Source of the DNA: a bacterium
GTDB lineage: Bacteria > Hinthialibacterota > Hinthialibacteria > Hinthialibacterales > Hinthialibacteraceae
NCBI GenBank assembly: GCA_963662285.2
Contig: CAXXMV010000002.1
Coordinates: 32,001 to 96,000, forward strand
Length of the DNA: 64,000 nt
Reading direction: 5' to 3'
In this document: piece after piece, positions 37,543 to 48,552 of the stretch
Layout: every line of letters begins with the position of its first letter
How positions within the stretch are numbered: the stretch's first letter is position 1
Notes under the pieces: generated by a model
Told to the model about the DNA's origin: nothing
Seen by the model: only the letters and a program-made list of their open reading frames with translations
Database searches by the model: none
Made by a program: the position numbers and the translations under genes

Positions 37543-40488
37543 CTATTCTTTGGGGAGGAAATTCGCGATCGTCCAGAAATGGAAATTGTTTTGATCTTGG
37601 GCTCGCGTGAAAATCAGTTGTTTGGTTATAGGATTGAAATCAAATTCACTGAACGTAAAAGGATACGACCATGTTTTTACGATCTTATCCTCATGAATCG
37701 AAATCAAGTAGACGTCGCAAGAATTAAATGACGTGTTTTTAACGGCTATAAGTGTGCTGTCGTCATACCAATCCACATTGCCATTCATCCCGATGACAGG
37801 CAATCGGTAATCTAAACATGTCAATGGGGATGATGTTGCTCCATCAGTCGAGAGAATCCATAAATTGTAATGATGTTTCTGACCGTTTGGATCGTCGGGA
37901 ACTTGTTTCCAAATTGCAACCAGGATTTTTTCTCCATTCGGAGAAAGAGGCAATATATGATGCAAAAGTCCGTCCTTTGCCTCCATCAACACCTTTTCTT
38001 CGTCGGTTTCGATATTGCGTCGAACCAGATCTTTGAATGCAACAACCCGGCCCTGCATTCCTCGTAGATAGTATATGATCGATTCGTCTTTCGATGGCGT
38101 AAACATGAACAAGGGTTGTGCGTTGAGTTTATCGTGGATTTCAACCTTCCCGGTTTCTATATTGACTCGAAATATTGCGCCGCTAGGATATTTTGGCTCT
38201 TTGGGAAGATAGGAATGGCATAAAAATTCTTTCCCCGATTGCAGAAAAGCGAGGCTGGTTAAGCGGAAAAATGGAAAATCACGATTGAAATCAGATACGA
38301 TTTCAGTAGTTTCTTGGGTGGCTATTGTTTGAATGTAGTAAAGATAATTGTTGCTTTTACCGTCGTGTTTTTGAAAAATAAAACGATCCCCCTCCGGGCT
38401 CCAAAAGGGTTTTTTTCCAGAAGCGTATGGGACGTAATTCATTTGCAATCCCTCTTCACGGTCGAGGGTCGATATGTAGATGATATCCGAATCGTAGTCC
38501 GTCATGTGATAGTAAAGAAACGTCCCATCCTTGGCGCTGCCCAGTGGATAAATCGTTCCAACTTTTCCGCGCACGAGAGTAGGTAGCCCGGTGAGTTTCC
38601 CTTCGGAAAAGGGAACGTAAAATAAATCCGTTCGTTCGTTTCTCCGGCTGGTATATACAACCTGACAGCCATCGGGCGACCATCCTAAAATGCATTCTTC
38701 AGCAGGACTATTGAACAAGGGAATCTCTATTTTGTTCGCGATATCGTAAATGTAAATATCACGATGGTTTTTTTTCCCTTGCGGAACGTTCATATTGTAT
38801 TTATCGAATAACAGATAACGTCCATCCGGCGAGAGTTCGCATTCCTTCACATCCTTCACCGATCCTACGGTTTGCTTTGAACCCGTGTCGACGTTATAAA
38901 ATGCAAACTCGTTTTTGTCCTTGTTATCTTTGAAACAGAATTCAATCAGAATCCGCTTTCCATCGTTCGTCCATTGTTTTAATTTATACCATCTATCATC
39001 CACGCCTTTGAGCAATACTTTCTGCTTACCGGTCTCGGTATCGGCCATATATATAGTTTTATAATCATCATCGCTTAAATACACCATACGATCAGCGTTT
39101 GGTGAAAGAATGGGAGTGGCTGGTATAATCTCCTGATCTTCTGGAAAAACGTATTTCTTATCTCCCGTTTTAACGTCGATCAGGACGGTTCTCGGCTTTT
39201 TGTTGAATCGCTCCAAAAACACAGCGTACTGTCCGTTCCAGGAAAGGCGCCCGCATGCCGCATCACTGTAGTTGTATTTGATATCACGATATTGGTTGAT
39301 TTTACGCAAAGTTATCGCTTGTTTATTATCTTGACCAGTTATGGTTGGAATTGATTCATTCTTTTCTCCAGCCCTAACCGTCGGCAGCACCAAACAAGCC
39401 ACGAATAACAAAACGATGGTCATAGTGATAGAAAGTCTTGCGTTTAATTTTCTGTCCATATCAAGTATTCTCATCATTCTTCTCCTTACCAACGATCCTT
39501 TGTTTGAAAATCCGGAATGAGCCATCATGTAGGACGGCGCTCCGTTGACCTGCTTGGCTATGCTTAAAAGGCCTTCTCCACATTCAACGCGGGGAGCGTC
39601 GCAAACAGACAGCGCCATATCATCGCAGGCGTATTCCCTTTGTTGATCAATCATACGATTGGCCAGCCACACACCGGGGTGAAAGAAAAACAATATCTGT
39701 ATAACCCCCTGAAACATGCTCGCGATATTGTCAAACCTGCGGACGTGAGCGAGTTCATGCAATAAAATCCATTCGATCTGTTTTATCCTGAAATCCCTGA
39801 ATAGTTCAGCAGGTACGATAATCCTTGGTTTAAGAAATCCCCACACGACAGGAGTTTTGGTCCAGGAGCACTGTAGCCATACAATCCGCCGATTGGTTTT
39901 TGATTTTTTCTGTAATTGAATTAAATCAACCGGTATTGAGTTAGAATCAATATGCTGCGCATTTCGTAATTTTCGATGTATCATCCACTGAAATCCTAAA
40001 AACCGAAACAGCAATAACGATACGATAATTCCCCAGGTAATCATCAACCAACTTGCCGAGGTAAATGATGATTTGGCGATAGTGGGCTTACTTACTATGC
40101 TAGAAAGAGTAACGCCCGATAATGCCTCATCCTGTTTCTGACTGGTAATCGAGGAAATATTTTCCTGGCCAGCCGCTGAAGACGCGGTCTCTTGTGCGAT
40201 ATCTTTTTTTTGAGTGATATCATTCTCTACGCTGGTAGGTATAAAAGCCGCCTCCTGCCTCACAGGAAAAGAGGGAAACGTCGTGGATATTGAAATCGGG
40301 CTTGGAATTATCAATTTGAAGAGAATGAGAAGAAACAAGACATAGCCCAGTTGCGGCGAAACTTTTTTCCTGACCAATAACCACAAGCCTCCGATAAGCA
40401 ACAAAACGAGAATGGAATCAAGTACTCGATATTGCATAAACTCGAACCAATCCAAAGACCATTGATTGATTGTATCGGCTAGATTCAT
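37543..40488 (-). CDS. BlaR1-like M56 metallopeptidase sensor fused to TolB/PD40-like beta-propeller domain
   Basis: TM segments, PVVWGFLKPRIIVP, HELAHVRRFD, FFHPGVW, REYACD, then SPDG/SPEG/SPNG repeats. Confidence 0.9.
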   Translation of the reverse strand: MNLADTINQWSLDWFEFMQYRVLDSILVLLLIGGLWLLVRKKVSPQLGYVLFLLILFKLIIPSPISISTTFPSFPVRQEAAFIPTSVENDITQKKDIAQETASSAAGQENISSITSQKQDEALSGVTLSSIVSKPTIAKSSFTSASWLMITWGIIVSLLLFRFLGFQWMIHRKLRNAQHIDSNSIPVDLIQLQKKSKTNRRIVWLQCSWTKTPVVWGFLKPRIIVPAELFRDFRIKQIEWILLHELAHVRRFDNIASMFQGVIQILFFFHPGVWLANRMIDQQREYACDDMALSVCDAPRVECGEGLLSIAKQVNGAPSYMMAHSGFSNKGSLVRRRMMRILDMDRKLNARLSITMTIVLLFVACLVLPTVRAGEKNESIPTITGQDNKQAITLRKINQYRDIKYNYSDAACGRLSWNGQYAVFLERFNKKPRTVLIDVKTGDKKYVFPEDQEIIPATPILSPNADRMVYLSDDDYKTIYMADTETGKQKVLLKGVDDRWYKLKQWTNDGKRILIEFCFKDNKDKNEFAFYNVDTGSKQTVGSVKDVKECELSPDGRYLLFDKYNMNVPQGKKNHRDIYIYDIANKIEIPLFNSPAEECILGWSPDGCQVVYTSRRNERTDLFYVPFSEGKLTGLPTLVRGKVGTIYPLGSAKDGTFLYYHMTDYDSDIIYISTLDREEGLQMNYVPYASGKKPFWSPEGDRFIFQKHDGKSNNYLYYIQTIATQETTEIVSDFNRDFPFFRLTSLAFLQSGKEFLCHSYLPKEPKYPSGAIFRVNIETGKVEIHDKLNAQPLFMFTPSKDESIIYYLRGMQGRVVAFKDLVRRNIETDEEKVLMEAKDGLLHHILPLSPNGEKILVAIWKQVPDDPNGQKHHYNLWILSTDGATSSPLTCLDYRLPVIGMNGNVDWYDDSTLIAVKNTSFNSCDVYLISIHEDKIVKTWSYPFTFSEFDFNPITKQLIFTRAQDQNNFHFWTIANFLPKE

Positions 40489-40877
40489 GATTCATCCTCC
40501 TTCGCCCGTTGATCCAGCAAAACGCGTAACTCATTAATTTCATCTTGCGAAAGTTCGCTATTCTTGACCATGTAAGAGAGCAGCGGACCAGCTTTCCCCG
40601 CCAACGTTTTATCCAATAAATCGTCAGCCGCATTACAGATAGACCGTATAAAAGGTCGTGCGGGGCGATACACCAGGCAATTCCCGACTTGCTTGGTTTT
40701 CACAAAACCCTTATCAACCAGCCGGTTCAAAAACGCGCGTACTGTATTCTGGTTCCAATCAAACTCTTTGGATAATTCACCGTAAACATCACGAACTGCG
40801 CAGGACTTAAAATTCCAGACAATCTTCATGACCTGCCACTCACTGTCTGACAGTGGATCTGAGGAACGCCGTACCAT
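40485..40877 (-). CDS. BlaI/MecI/CopY family repressor
   Basis: LSDSEWQVMKIVW, WNQNTVRAFLNRLVDKGFV. GGAGGTGA RBS before ATG 40877; ATGA overlap with the M56 gene. Confidence 0.92.
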   Translation of the reverse strand: MVRRSSDPLSDSEWQVMKIVWNFKSCAVRDVYGELSKEFDWNQNTVRAFLNRLVDKGFVKTKQVGNCLVYRPARPFIRSICNAADDLLDKTLAGKAGPLLSYMVKNSELSQDEINELRVLLDQRAKEDES

Positions 40878-40903
40878 CGCTTTCACCTCCATCATAGGAA
40901 TAA

Positions 40904-40938
40904 CTGTAACAATTGTTACAGATATGTAGCAAATGTCA
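40904..40938 (-). promoter_or_regulatory. blaI promoter with palindromic operator
   Basis: Minus-strand TTGACA near 40933-40938; perfect palindrome CTGTAACAATTGTTACAG (40904-40921) with overlapping TACA-N4-TGTA. Confidence 0.7.
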
Positions 40939-41020
40939 AGAGAAGAATTAAAAAATGCCGGGGGAAAGTTTGGCATTAAAATTTCTACATAGCCGGTTCG
41001 CCCGCTTCGCGTACAAACAT

Positions 41021-41052
41021 AAAAAAAGGCGCCTCGAAAGCGCCTTTTTTTT
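41021..41052. terminator. Bidirectional terminator after sucD
   Basis: AAAAAAAGGCGC..GCGCCTTTTTTTT. Confidence 0.75.
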
Positions 41053-41074
41053 AATATATTAACAATATGAACTT

Positions 41075-41944
41075 CTATTTTAATGCTTCCACCATACGCT
41101 CGCCGATTTCCGCTGGACTCTCGCAAACGCTGACCCCGGCTTCTTGCAAAGCGGTTTCTTTTTCTACGGCGGTTCCTTTGCCTCCGGCGATGATGGCGCC
41201 GGCATGGCCCATGCGCTTCCCTGGAGGAGCGGTTTTACCGGCGATGAAAGCAACCACCGGTTTTTTGAATTCCGCTTTGATATATTCAGCGGCGTCTTCT
41301 TCCGCATTGCCGCCAATCTCTCCAATCAGCACTACGCCTTTGGTTTGATCATCATCATTAAAGGCTTTTAAGCAATCGACGAAAGTCGTTCCAATAATTG
41401 GATCGCCGCCGATGCCGATGCAGGTGGATTGCCCCAATTTAGCGTCAGTGATCTGTTGAACCGCTTCATAGGTCAACGTCCCGCTACGCGACACGACGCC
41501 AACGCAGCCCTCCAAATGAACGAATCCGGGCATAATGCCCAGTTTGCATTTGCCAGGGGAAATCACGCCAGGGCAATTAGGTCCGATCAAACGGGAATTT
41601 TTCGTTCTAAGCAATTCCTTAACTTTAACCATGTCCAAAGTGGGTATGCCTTCAGTGATGCATACAATCAATTCGATACCAGCATCAGCGGCTTCCATAA
41701 TAGCGTCGGCGGCGAATGGAGGAGGCACGAAAATCACTGTAGCATTCGCATTGGTAACTTCCTTAGCTTCCGCCATAGTATCGAATATTGGAATATTGAG
41801 ATGCTTGGTCCCCCCTTTTCCAGGGGTTACTCCCCCGACCACATTAGTTCCATATTGAATACATTGCTCAGTATGAAAAGTACCCTCTTGTCCGGTTATG
41901 CCTTGAACCAGAACGCGTGTTTTTTTATCCACAAAGATAGACAT
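41075..41944 (-). CDS. sucD: Succinyl-CoA synthetase alpha subunit
   Basis: [43 protein letters not shown]. Confidence 0.98.
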   Translation of the reverse strand: MSIFVDKKTRVLVQGITGQEGTFHTEQCIQYGTNVVGGVTPGKGGTKHLNIPIFDTMAEAKEVTNANATVIFVPPPFAADAIMEAADAGIELIVCITEGIPTLDMVKVKELLRTKNSRLIGPNCPGVISPGKCKLGIMPGFVHLEGCVGVVSRSGTLTYEAVQQITDAKLGQSTCIGIGGDPIIGTTFVDCLKAFNDDDQTKGVVLIGEIGGNAEEDAAEYIKAEFKKPVVAFIAGKTAPPGKRMGHAGAIIAGGKGTAVEKETALQEAGVSVCESPAEIGERMVEALK

Positions 41945-43676
41945 ATCCCTCTCCTGTTGATTGGGTTTTTGATGTCAAGAAGTGCTGCATTCTATCATGG
42001 TAGCCGCAAGACGCAAGCGCACTTCTTCTTCCGTGCATAGCTATTTCTTCTCTTTTTTTCGGATGTTCGAGATAATAATTCGCCAGATCAACCAATTCTT
42101 CCGGCGTACGGAAGACTACGAAATCCTTGCCCGGCTCAAATTCGTCAGCCAGACCCGGAGCGTCAGTGGTCATCAAAAATCCACCACTGGCCAGTACGTC
42201 ATACACCCGTGGATTCGGCGCCGTCACGCATTGAACATGAAATATATTAATATTTATTTTTACCGAAGCATACAGAGACGGTAGTTCAGTATAGTAATTG
42301 ATTCGCTTTCCACCATAACAGCCCCGAAGCCGACCCGCAGCCGGATCGTTTTTCCATTCCTCGCCGCCAAAAACCACCAATCCCAAATCAGGCAAAGCAT
42401 CAAGATATATTCGGCGGCGTAACGCAGCTGCTTTATTTTCTAGCAATTCCACTAATGGTCCTCGATATGTCCACCCATGACGGCCAAAAACCTCCGCCGC
42501 CATTGGCGCCAGATTCAGTGGATTTAAGATATCCATGTTCTTCAATATTTCATTAACTGAATCCACCAAGGCGGAATCTAATTGAGCGAATCCCTTTTCC
42601 AAAACAGAAAAACTACTTGATCCCAACTCCCCCACGAAAGCCATATCAATATCCGAGAATTCATCATTGCGCCGGGACAGCGATGGATCAATTCCATAAC
42701 CGGTGCGCACTTCCAGAATTTCCGCATTGCAACGTTCTTCTAGAAATGGAATATATGTTTTATCAAACACGCCGATCACGTCACATCCATCAAAATCTGC
42801 TTTATCAAAAGCATAGCGCCGTGGATTATCGACGAACCAGGAAATTTTTCTACATGGCGCCTCCGCCAGCGTCTTATGAGAACTGAACTTACCCGGCGTC
42901 GAATTCAAAAAGAACGCCGTATCAAATGGATGTTTATTGTATTCCTCAATCCACGCTGTTGACCGGACAAAACGATAAAGTGGATTCTTCCACTGCAAAC
43001 GGTCTGCGTTATAACCCAACCGGCGAAAAGCCTGCACGCTGGCGTCTTGCAAATAATTATGCCCGGCTTCAAAAAAACGAATGGCCTGCGCATAAGGCGG
43101 TCGGGGAGTTTTTGCATGACGCGCCAGCATCTTTTGCATGTATTGATCAAGTCGTTCCCGGTAATGCGAGAAAAACTTTTCAATAATATCCCGGCGCTCT
43201 TTTTGATCTTGCGTATCACCCGAATAAACAATCAGATCGGCGTCAGCAATACCTGGATATCTATGCAACAATTTTTTCAAGTCATCATTCAGACATTGGC
43301 CAAAAACTATTATGCAGCGCTCAGACTCAATAATCATACGCCAGTCTTCTTGCTCAAATGCTGTTCGCACTGCATCTAGCCGGTCTTCAATCAAGAGCAG
43401 TCGGCCATTGCATTCATGCCTTAAACTCTCCAATTGGATATGATCAAAGAGCCGACGGGCCAAAACGCCGCTGGTGAACCGGTCAACCACATGCAGTTCA
43501 ACCGCAGCATTCCAGCAGCGTTTAATTTCATCTTCAGCGTATTGTTCTATAGTTTCTTTAGAATCCAGAGAGGATACTGATACAGATTCCGCAATAGCGC
43601 ATCGCAGCTGCTCCGCCTGTTCAGGATAAATCGCCGCTAATGAATTAAGATTATTGTCAAATATCGATCCGCACAT
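41925..43676 (-). CDS. CgeB-like glycosyltransferase (Glyco_trans_1_2 C-terminal domain)
   Basis: [52 protein letters not shown]-like terminus. Confidence 0.75.
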   Translation of the reverse strand: MCGSIFDNNLNSLAAIYPEQAEQLRCAIAESVSVSSLDSKETIEQYAEDEIKRCWNAAVELHVVDRFTSGVLARRLFDHIQLESLRHECNGRLLLIEDRLDAVRTAFEQEDWRMIIESERCIIVFGQCLNDDLKKLLHRYPGIADADLIVYSGDTQDQKERRDIIEKFFSHYRERLDQYMQKMLARHAKTPRPPYAQAIRFFEAGHNYLQDASVQAFRRLGYNADRLQWKNPLYRFVRSTAWIEEYNKHPFDTAFFLNSTPGKFSSHKTLAEAPCRKISWFVDNPRRYAFDKADFDGCDVIGVFDKTYIPFLEERCNAEILEVRTGYGIDPSLSRRNDEFSDIDMAFVGELGSSSFSVLEKGFAQLDSALVDSVNEILKNMDILNPLNLAPMAAEVFGRHGWTYRGPLVELLENKAAALRRRIYLDALPDLGLVVFGGEEWKNDPAAGRLRGCYGGKRINYYTELPSLYASVKININIFHVQCVTAPNPRVYDVLASGGFLMTTDAPGLADEFEPGKDFVVFRTPEELVDLANYYLEHPKKREEIAMHGRRSALASCGYHDRMQHFLTSKTQSTGEGYVYLCG

Positions 43677-43831
43677 AAAAATATCTTGTAATTGTTCAGC
43701 CTATTATTCCTCCCCCAAGCCTGGGGGAGGTTAGGTGTGTATGAACCGGGCACATCCTTTACAGAATAAACCGGGCACATGGTTTACACAAGTCGATACT
43801 AAGAACCGACCAGAAGAAAGGAGTCGGTTCG

Positions 43832-45043
43832 ATGACTTGGAAGGAAAACAGTGCCATGGATGCAAGAATGAAATTTATTGCGGATGTCCTCCGCAAAGAA
43901 GACACACTAAGCGCCTTATGCCAAGCATATGGCATTAGTAGACCAACCGGATATAAATGGATCAAGCGCTATCAGGAAGACGGTCCTGGTGGATTGGAGG
44001 AGCGATCCCGGGCGCCCCATACCCAAGCACTAGCCGTTTCTAAAGAGACCGAAAAAGAAGTGAAGGCTATGCGAAAAAAGTTTCCGCACTACGGTCCTAA
44101 AAAATTACGGGTGGAACTGAAAAAAAAGGATGCGACGAAGCACTGGCCGGCAATCAGTACGATTGGCGAGATACTAAAACGCAAAAATCTGATTGTCAGC
44201 CGCAAGCAAAAAGATCGCGCCAAACCAAGTGGTGAAGCGTTAACCGAATTCGACCAAGTGAACCGCGTATGGTGCGCGGATTTCAAAGGAGATTTTCTAA
44301 CGGGAGACGAACATCGATGTTTCCCTTTAACCGTATCGGAAGGGGCTAGCCGCTATTTACTCTGCTGCCAAGGCATGCAAGAAACCAATGGCGCATTGGT
44401 ACGCGTAATTTTCGAGCAGATTTTTCGCGAGTATGGTTTACCAGAAGTCATTCGAACGGATAACGGGGCGCCCTTTGCGTCGACCGGAATCGGAGGGTTA
44501 ACCAAATTATCCGTGTGGTGGATAAAACTGAGAATTTATCCAGAACGAATCCAGCCGGGTCGGCCTCAACAAAATGGCCGTCATGAGCGAATTCACCGGA
44601 CCTTGAAAGCAGAGGCCATTTCTCCACCAGCGCCAACGCTGCGTGAACAACAAAAACGTTTTGATCAATTTCAAAAAGTGTACAACGAAGAGCGGCCTCA
44701 TGAGAGTTTGGGACAACGACCTCCCGCGCAGTTGTATCAACCCTCGCCGCGCGTCTATTCAGGTAAAGCGCCGAATTGGGAGTATCCAGAGACCATGCAG
44801 GTGCGCCAAGTGAAAACCCATGGTGAAATCAGTTGGCGAAGCAAGCATTGGTATTTGGGGGAAGCTTTGGGAGGTGAATTGGTGGGACTAGAGGAATTGG
44901 AATAGAATAATTGGCGCATTAGTTTGGGTAACGTGATTCTCGGTTGGTTGAATATGTCAAAAGGTGAGGTGGTGCGTGAATTGTCTTTGAGACGCATCAA
45001 TCATCCAAAAGCAATCAGTCACCCGGCAGTATGTCCCAGGTAA
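43832..45043 (+). pseudogene. IS481-family transposase interrupted by an in-frame TAG at 44903-44905
   Basis: DDE motifs are intact (WCADFKG, RTDNGAPF, NGRHERIHRT). The frame continues NNWRISLGNVILGWL... for 45 codons to TAA 45041-45043. Confidence 0.8.
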
Positions 45044-45193
45044 AAAATGAGCTAGGGAAGTATCAAGATGATGAATAATTCAGGTATTAATTTTCCTGAG
45101 ATTGAATCCAGATCGTCTCTTTTTCGAGAAAATCAAAGAGCGCACGGGTGAAAAAAAAGGTGGCAATATCGGGGGCGCCGCCCCCGTACCCCC

Positions 45194-45353
45194 GGAGTTT
45201 TTTTAGGCATTAGCACAAACTCCAGATAGTATGCAAAAAAAAGCAAAGGGACGGTTCTAAATCCGTCCCTTTAGCGACTATCCGTCGCCCGTGCACCAGG
45301 ATATCCCTTGACAGGTTGCTCTCCAGCAGAGCCTGTCTCCGTTTCTCCTGGTG
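45194..45353 (+). ncRNA. Candidate structured RNA module, copy B (inside IS481 #2)
   Basis: Homologous to 33561-33720 with covarying stems; preceded by hairpin GGGGGCGCCGCCCCC (45171-45185). Confidence 0.6.
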
Positions 45354-45580
45354 ATAATAACTATCGGATAGCTCGAAATAATCTGTAGAAAAAGAAGTAA
45401 AAAAACAGTTCTAGCAAGTAAGCAATTCAGAATACGTTGATATACCTGAAAACGGATTATCTCTTTAAAAAAACAGATAAGTTGCCATAATTTGCGAGAC
45501 AAAAGTGTAAACCATGTGCCCGGTCTAAAGTGTAAACTATGTGCCCGGTCATTCAGGTGGGGGTTGATCCGTCAAAGCGC

Positions 45581-45618
45581 AACCCCTCTCTAACTCCCCC
45601 CAAACTTGGGAGGAGAAT
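45581..45618. repeat. CCCTCTC-type REP copy (inverted partner of the IS-interrupted REP)
   Basis: AACCCCTCTCTAACTCCCCCCAAACTTGGGAGGAGAAT. Confidence 0.6.
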
Positions 45619-45673
45619 TTGAGTCTTAATATTATTAAGCAAGCATGTTTTTGTATCTTACCAGCCAACAGCC

Positions 45674-47038
45674 TCAGCCCTCAGCAATAGGAACGATTCC
45701 CAAACCAACGCCATTTAAGCAGCCCGTTTGAATGTTGCCATTTTTGGGTTTGAACGAACCGGGAAAACGATCCTGCCAGCCCTGATTAGCGATAGGACAA
45801 TATTGACGCCCATTACCCTCAATGGCGGCGATAGTTGGTATATGCGACGCCAGACCCGCTGAATGAAGAAATGACGCACCAGGACAGGTTAAATCCTGCA
45901 CGCAGAGAAACAGCCCGTATTTCTGCGCCGCAGCACCCATCAAAAGAGCCTGGCTCTGCCCTTTACACGCCTTGAGCGCCACTCCGGTGTAACCCAGTTC
46001 ACGCGATAGCAGCAGACTTTCAAAATCCACCAAAGATTCGTCGATTACCACTGGTTTTATCTCCGCCGCGCGATGCATTTTATTATCGGGAAATGCCTTC
46101 AAATCACGCGCTGTTGGTTGTTCGATATATTGTACGCGATCCATGGCGCGGGGCGCTTTTTCCGCAACCCGTTTCAGAAAGTCCAGCAGATACTCAACGC
46201 TGGCGCAGCGCTCATTAAAATCAAGCGAATAACACCACTGGTCATTCCCCCGTTTTTGCTGCGCTTCTTCGGTAATTTTATCTATGCGTGATACCCGCTC
46301 AACATCCCAATCTATATTGTCGCCATTCAGTTTAATCTTCAGGTGAGTCAGTTCATCAGCAGCTATCCACTCGGGCAGCGTTTCCGGCATTCCATCATTC
46401 AAACGTTTTTCAATATCTTCTTCCAGCAATGGATCAACGGCGCCAATCAGGTGATACAACGGCATACTAGGTTTCGGCTCAAGAGTAACATACTGATCCA
46501 GATATTCACCCGCAAACTCTGCGTTCAAATAATGAGACAAATCATGATTCATATATTCACGGCCATAAGTGTAATAGCAGTGCAATCCCTGTAATTTACC
46601 AAACGCATCATGAATCGCTGCGTCAAATGGACTGGCTACGACCAGCATACACAACACCGGGATGGACTCTTCCAACCCGCATCCCGCCTTAACTTTTGGC
46701 AGCGCCTGCCGGTATAGAGGCTCCAAAACCGCATTTATACCCACGGGATGATCATAATCATCATAACTTTCCGTAATATCCCGGATTTCCGCAGCCAACG
46801 CTTTCATGGCCGCCAGGGTTTCATCATAACTATGCTTCCGGCTGGGAAACGACCACACATTGCCCAAAGGCATAGAACCGAAGCCTTCCATCTCCCGCCC
46901 GTTACGATCCTTCACTCGAACGTAAACGTTCAATAAAGTAACTTTATCGGTGATGATTCCCCCGAATTTTAATGGAGACCGGTAAGCGTGATCTTCATAT
47001 TCGATTCTAACTTTTTGGATTGTTATATCTGTCTGCAT
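45674..47038 (-). CDS. Mandelate racemase/enolase superfamily protein
   Basis: HLKIKLNG, SLDFNE, YIEQP, VIDES, ALKACKG, VQDLT. Confidence 0.82.
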   Translation of the reverse strand: MQTDITIQKVRIEYEDHAYRSPLKFGGIITDKVTLLNVYVRVKDRNGREMEGFGSMPLGNVWSFPSRKHSYDETLAAMKALAAEIRDITESYDDYDHPVGINAVLEPLYRQALPKVKAGCGLEESIPVLCMLVVASPFDAAIHDAFGKLQGLHCYYTYGREYMNHDLSHYLNAEFAGEYLDQYVTLEPKPSMPLYHLIGAVDPLLEEDIEKRLNDGMPETLPEWIAADELTHLKIKLNGDNIDWDVERVSRIDKITEEAQQKRGNDQWCYSLDFNERCASVEYLLDFLKRVAEKAPRAMDRVQYIEQPTARDLKAFPDNKMHRAAEIKPVVIDESLVDFESLLLSRELGYTGVALKACKGQSQALLMGAAAQKYGLFLCVQDLTCPGASFLHSAGLASHIPTIAAIEGNGRQYCPIANQGWQDRFPGSFKPKNGNIQTGCLNGVGLGIVPIAEG

Positions 47039-47105
47039 AGCGACCTCATCAGGAAAATTTTTTCATACGTATCCATTATGCTACAACAAAAGCGCAGCTA
47101 AGGGC

Positions 47106-47219
47106 TATAGCGGTTAACAAAAATATATTCGTATTGAAAACTTTGGATTTGTTAAAAGTCCCATCTTTTGGGGACTTTTAACAATCGCATTAACGCATGA
47201 TATATTGAGAATCGCTCTA
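47106..47219. mobile_element. TAGAGCG-ended MITE, longest copy
   Basis: TATAGCGGTTAACAA...TTGAGAATCGCTCTA with central hairpin TTGTTAAAAGTCCC/GGGACTTTTAACAA. Confidence 0.75.
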
Positions 47220-47236
47220 GTTCTCACGCAGGTTAT

Positions 47237-48049
47237 TTATAACACGCCCAGTTCACGCAGACGTTCCCGCGCCATGGGGGCTTCTTGGGAGAGTGGATGA
47301 TTTTCTAAAAGAATAAAGAGCGCTTCTTTACCCTCGGTTATCTTTCCACTATTTATATAGGCGCAGCCTTTTTGCAAGATTGCTTTTGGCGCCATTGAGT
47401 GATCGGGGTATGCGTTCTCAAACCGGGAAAAGCATTGTATTGCTTTTTGCCATTCGCGATTTTGATAATGGCACTCACCGGCCCAATAAAGGCTTATGGC
47501 TTTCAGTTTTACATCATGCGCGTATGAATAAGCAAATATAAAATCTTCTGCGGCTAATTCGAATTGTTTATTGTTATATTTCTCACAGGCTTTCTTAAAT
47601 AGGGTGACTGATTCCTGCTGGTTTGCATCTATCCCGGATGATTCAATATTTTCAGTAACATATTTTGGTTCTACAGCAACAGATGCTGTATTTTTTTCTT
47701 CTGAAATATCACTGGGAGAATTAAAAACCATTTCTCGTGTTTTAATTCCGGGATTTGCCTGCTCTATCATATCACGAATCTGCATTAGCGCCTTCTGTTG
47801 CCGTTCCCGCGCTTGAGATTGATTCTCCTGATAGACAATCATTCGATTTGAGATAGAACCGAAATCTTGATTAATTTCTGTTATTGAACTTTTGGTGGTT
47901 GTGCATGAAGTAAGCAAGAACAATCCAAATAGAGCTGATGATAGTATTAACAGGGATTTCAGAGGCATGGATATACCAGATTTCCCTGATAATATTTGGA
48001 GCAAACCGCTGCTATAACTATGCTTAGATAGATTCAGTCCTCGCCGCAT
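47237..48049 (-). CDS. CpoB/YbgF-like TPR lipoprotein
   Basis: Lipobox LLTSC, coiled coil, YWAGECHY..AIQCF..YPDH..APKAILQKG. True start may be further downstream. Confidence 0.75.
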   Translation of the reverse strand: MRRGLNLSKHSYSSGLLQILSGKSGISMPLKSLLILSSALFGLFLLTSCTTTKSSITEINQDFGSISNRMIVYQENQSQARERQQKALMQIRDMIEQANPGIKTREMVFNSPSDISEEKNTASVAVEPKYVTENIESSGIDANQQESVTLFKKACEKYNNKQFELAAEDFIFAYSYAHDVKLKAISLYWAGECHYQNREWQKAIQCFSRFENAYPDHSMAPKAILQKGCAYINSGKITEGKEALFILLENHPLSQEAPMARERLRELGVL

Positions 48050-48552
48050 TTTTTCTCGTCCCAGATCAACAAATTAAAAATAACACAAAATAAAGAAAAT
48101 ATTCAGCCGCCATGTTTATCTTATTAAATCAAAGCAACCGAAATAAATACATTTCTCTAAATATTATTACCAAAAAAACAATTTCTTGAGAACTGGAAGA
48201 GATCATTATTTGAAAAGAAAATACTATTAATTATATTTCTCCTGATTTACATCTACTATGACGAAACGGTAAAAAGTCAAAAACTGCTTATAAAACCACA
48301 ATATTTAGTGGAAATTCATGATACTTGTATACAAGATACAGTTTGAGTTTCGTCTTTCATCCACTTTTTTCCGACTCGTCATACTGCGAGCCACAACTTC
48401 CATATCCAATAATCATCCTATTTATTCAATTCCCCATTAATCCAATAATCCAAACATCTTGGAAAAATCGTGTTTGAGGCTATTATATTAACCAAATCTT
48501 AATTATTGATATACTTGCGTGTTTTTCTGAGATGCGCTTTAGGAGGAAGATA

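Larger units (their letters stand above)
43738..45555 (+). mobile_element. IS481-family insertion sequence #2, inserted in a REP
   Basis: Ends TGTATGAACCGGGCACAT / ATGTGCCCGGTCATTCA with duplicated CCGGGCACAT units; GGTG duplicated at 43734-43737 and 45556-45559. Confidence 0.92.
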
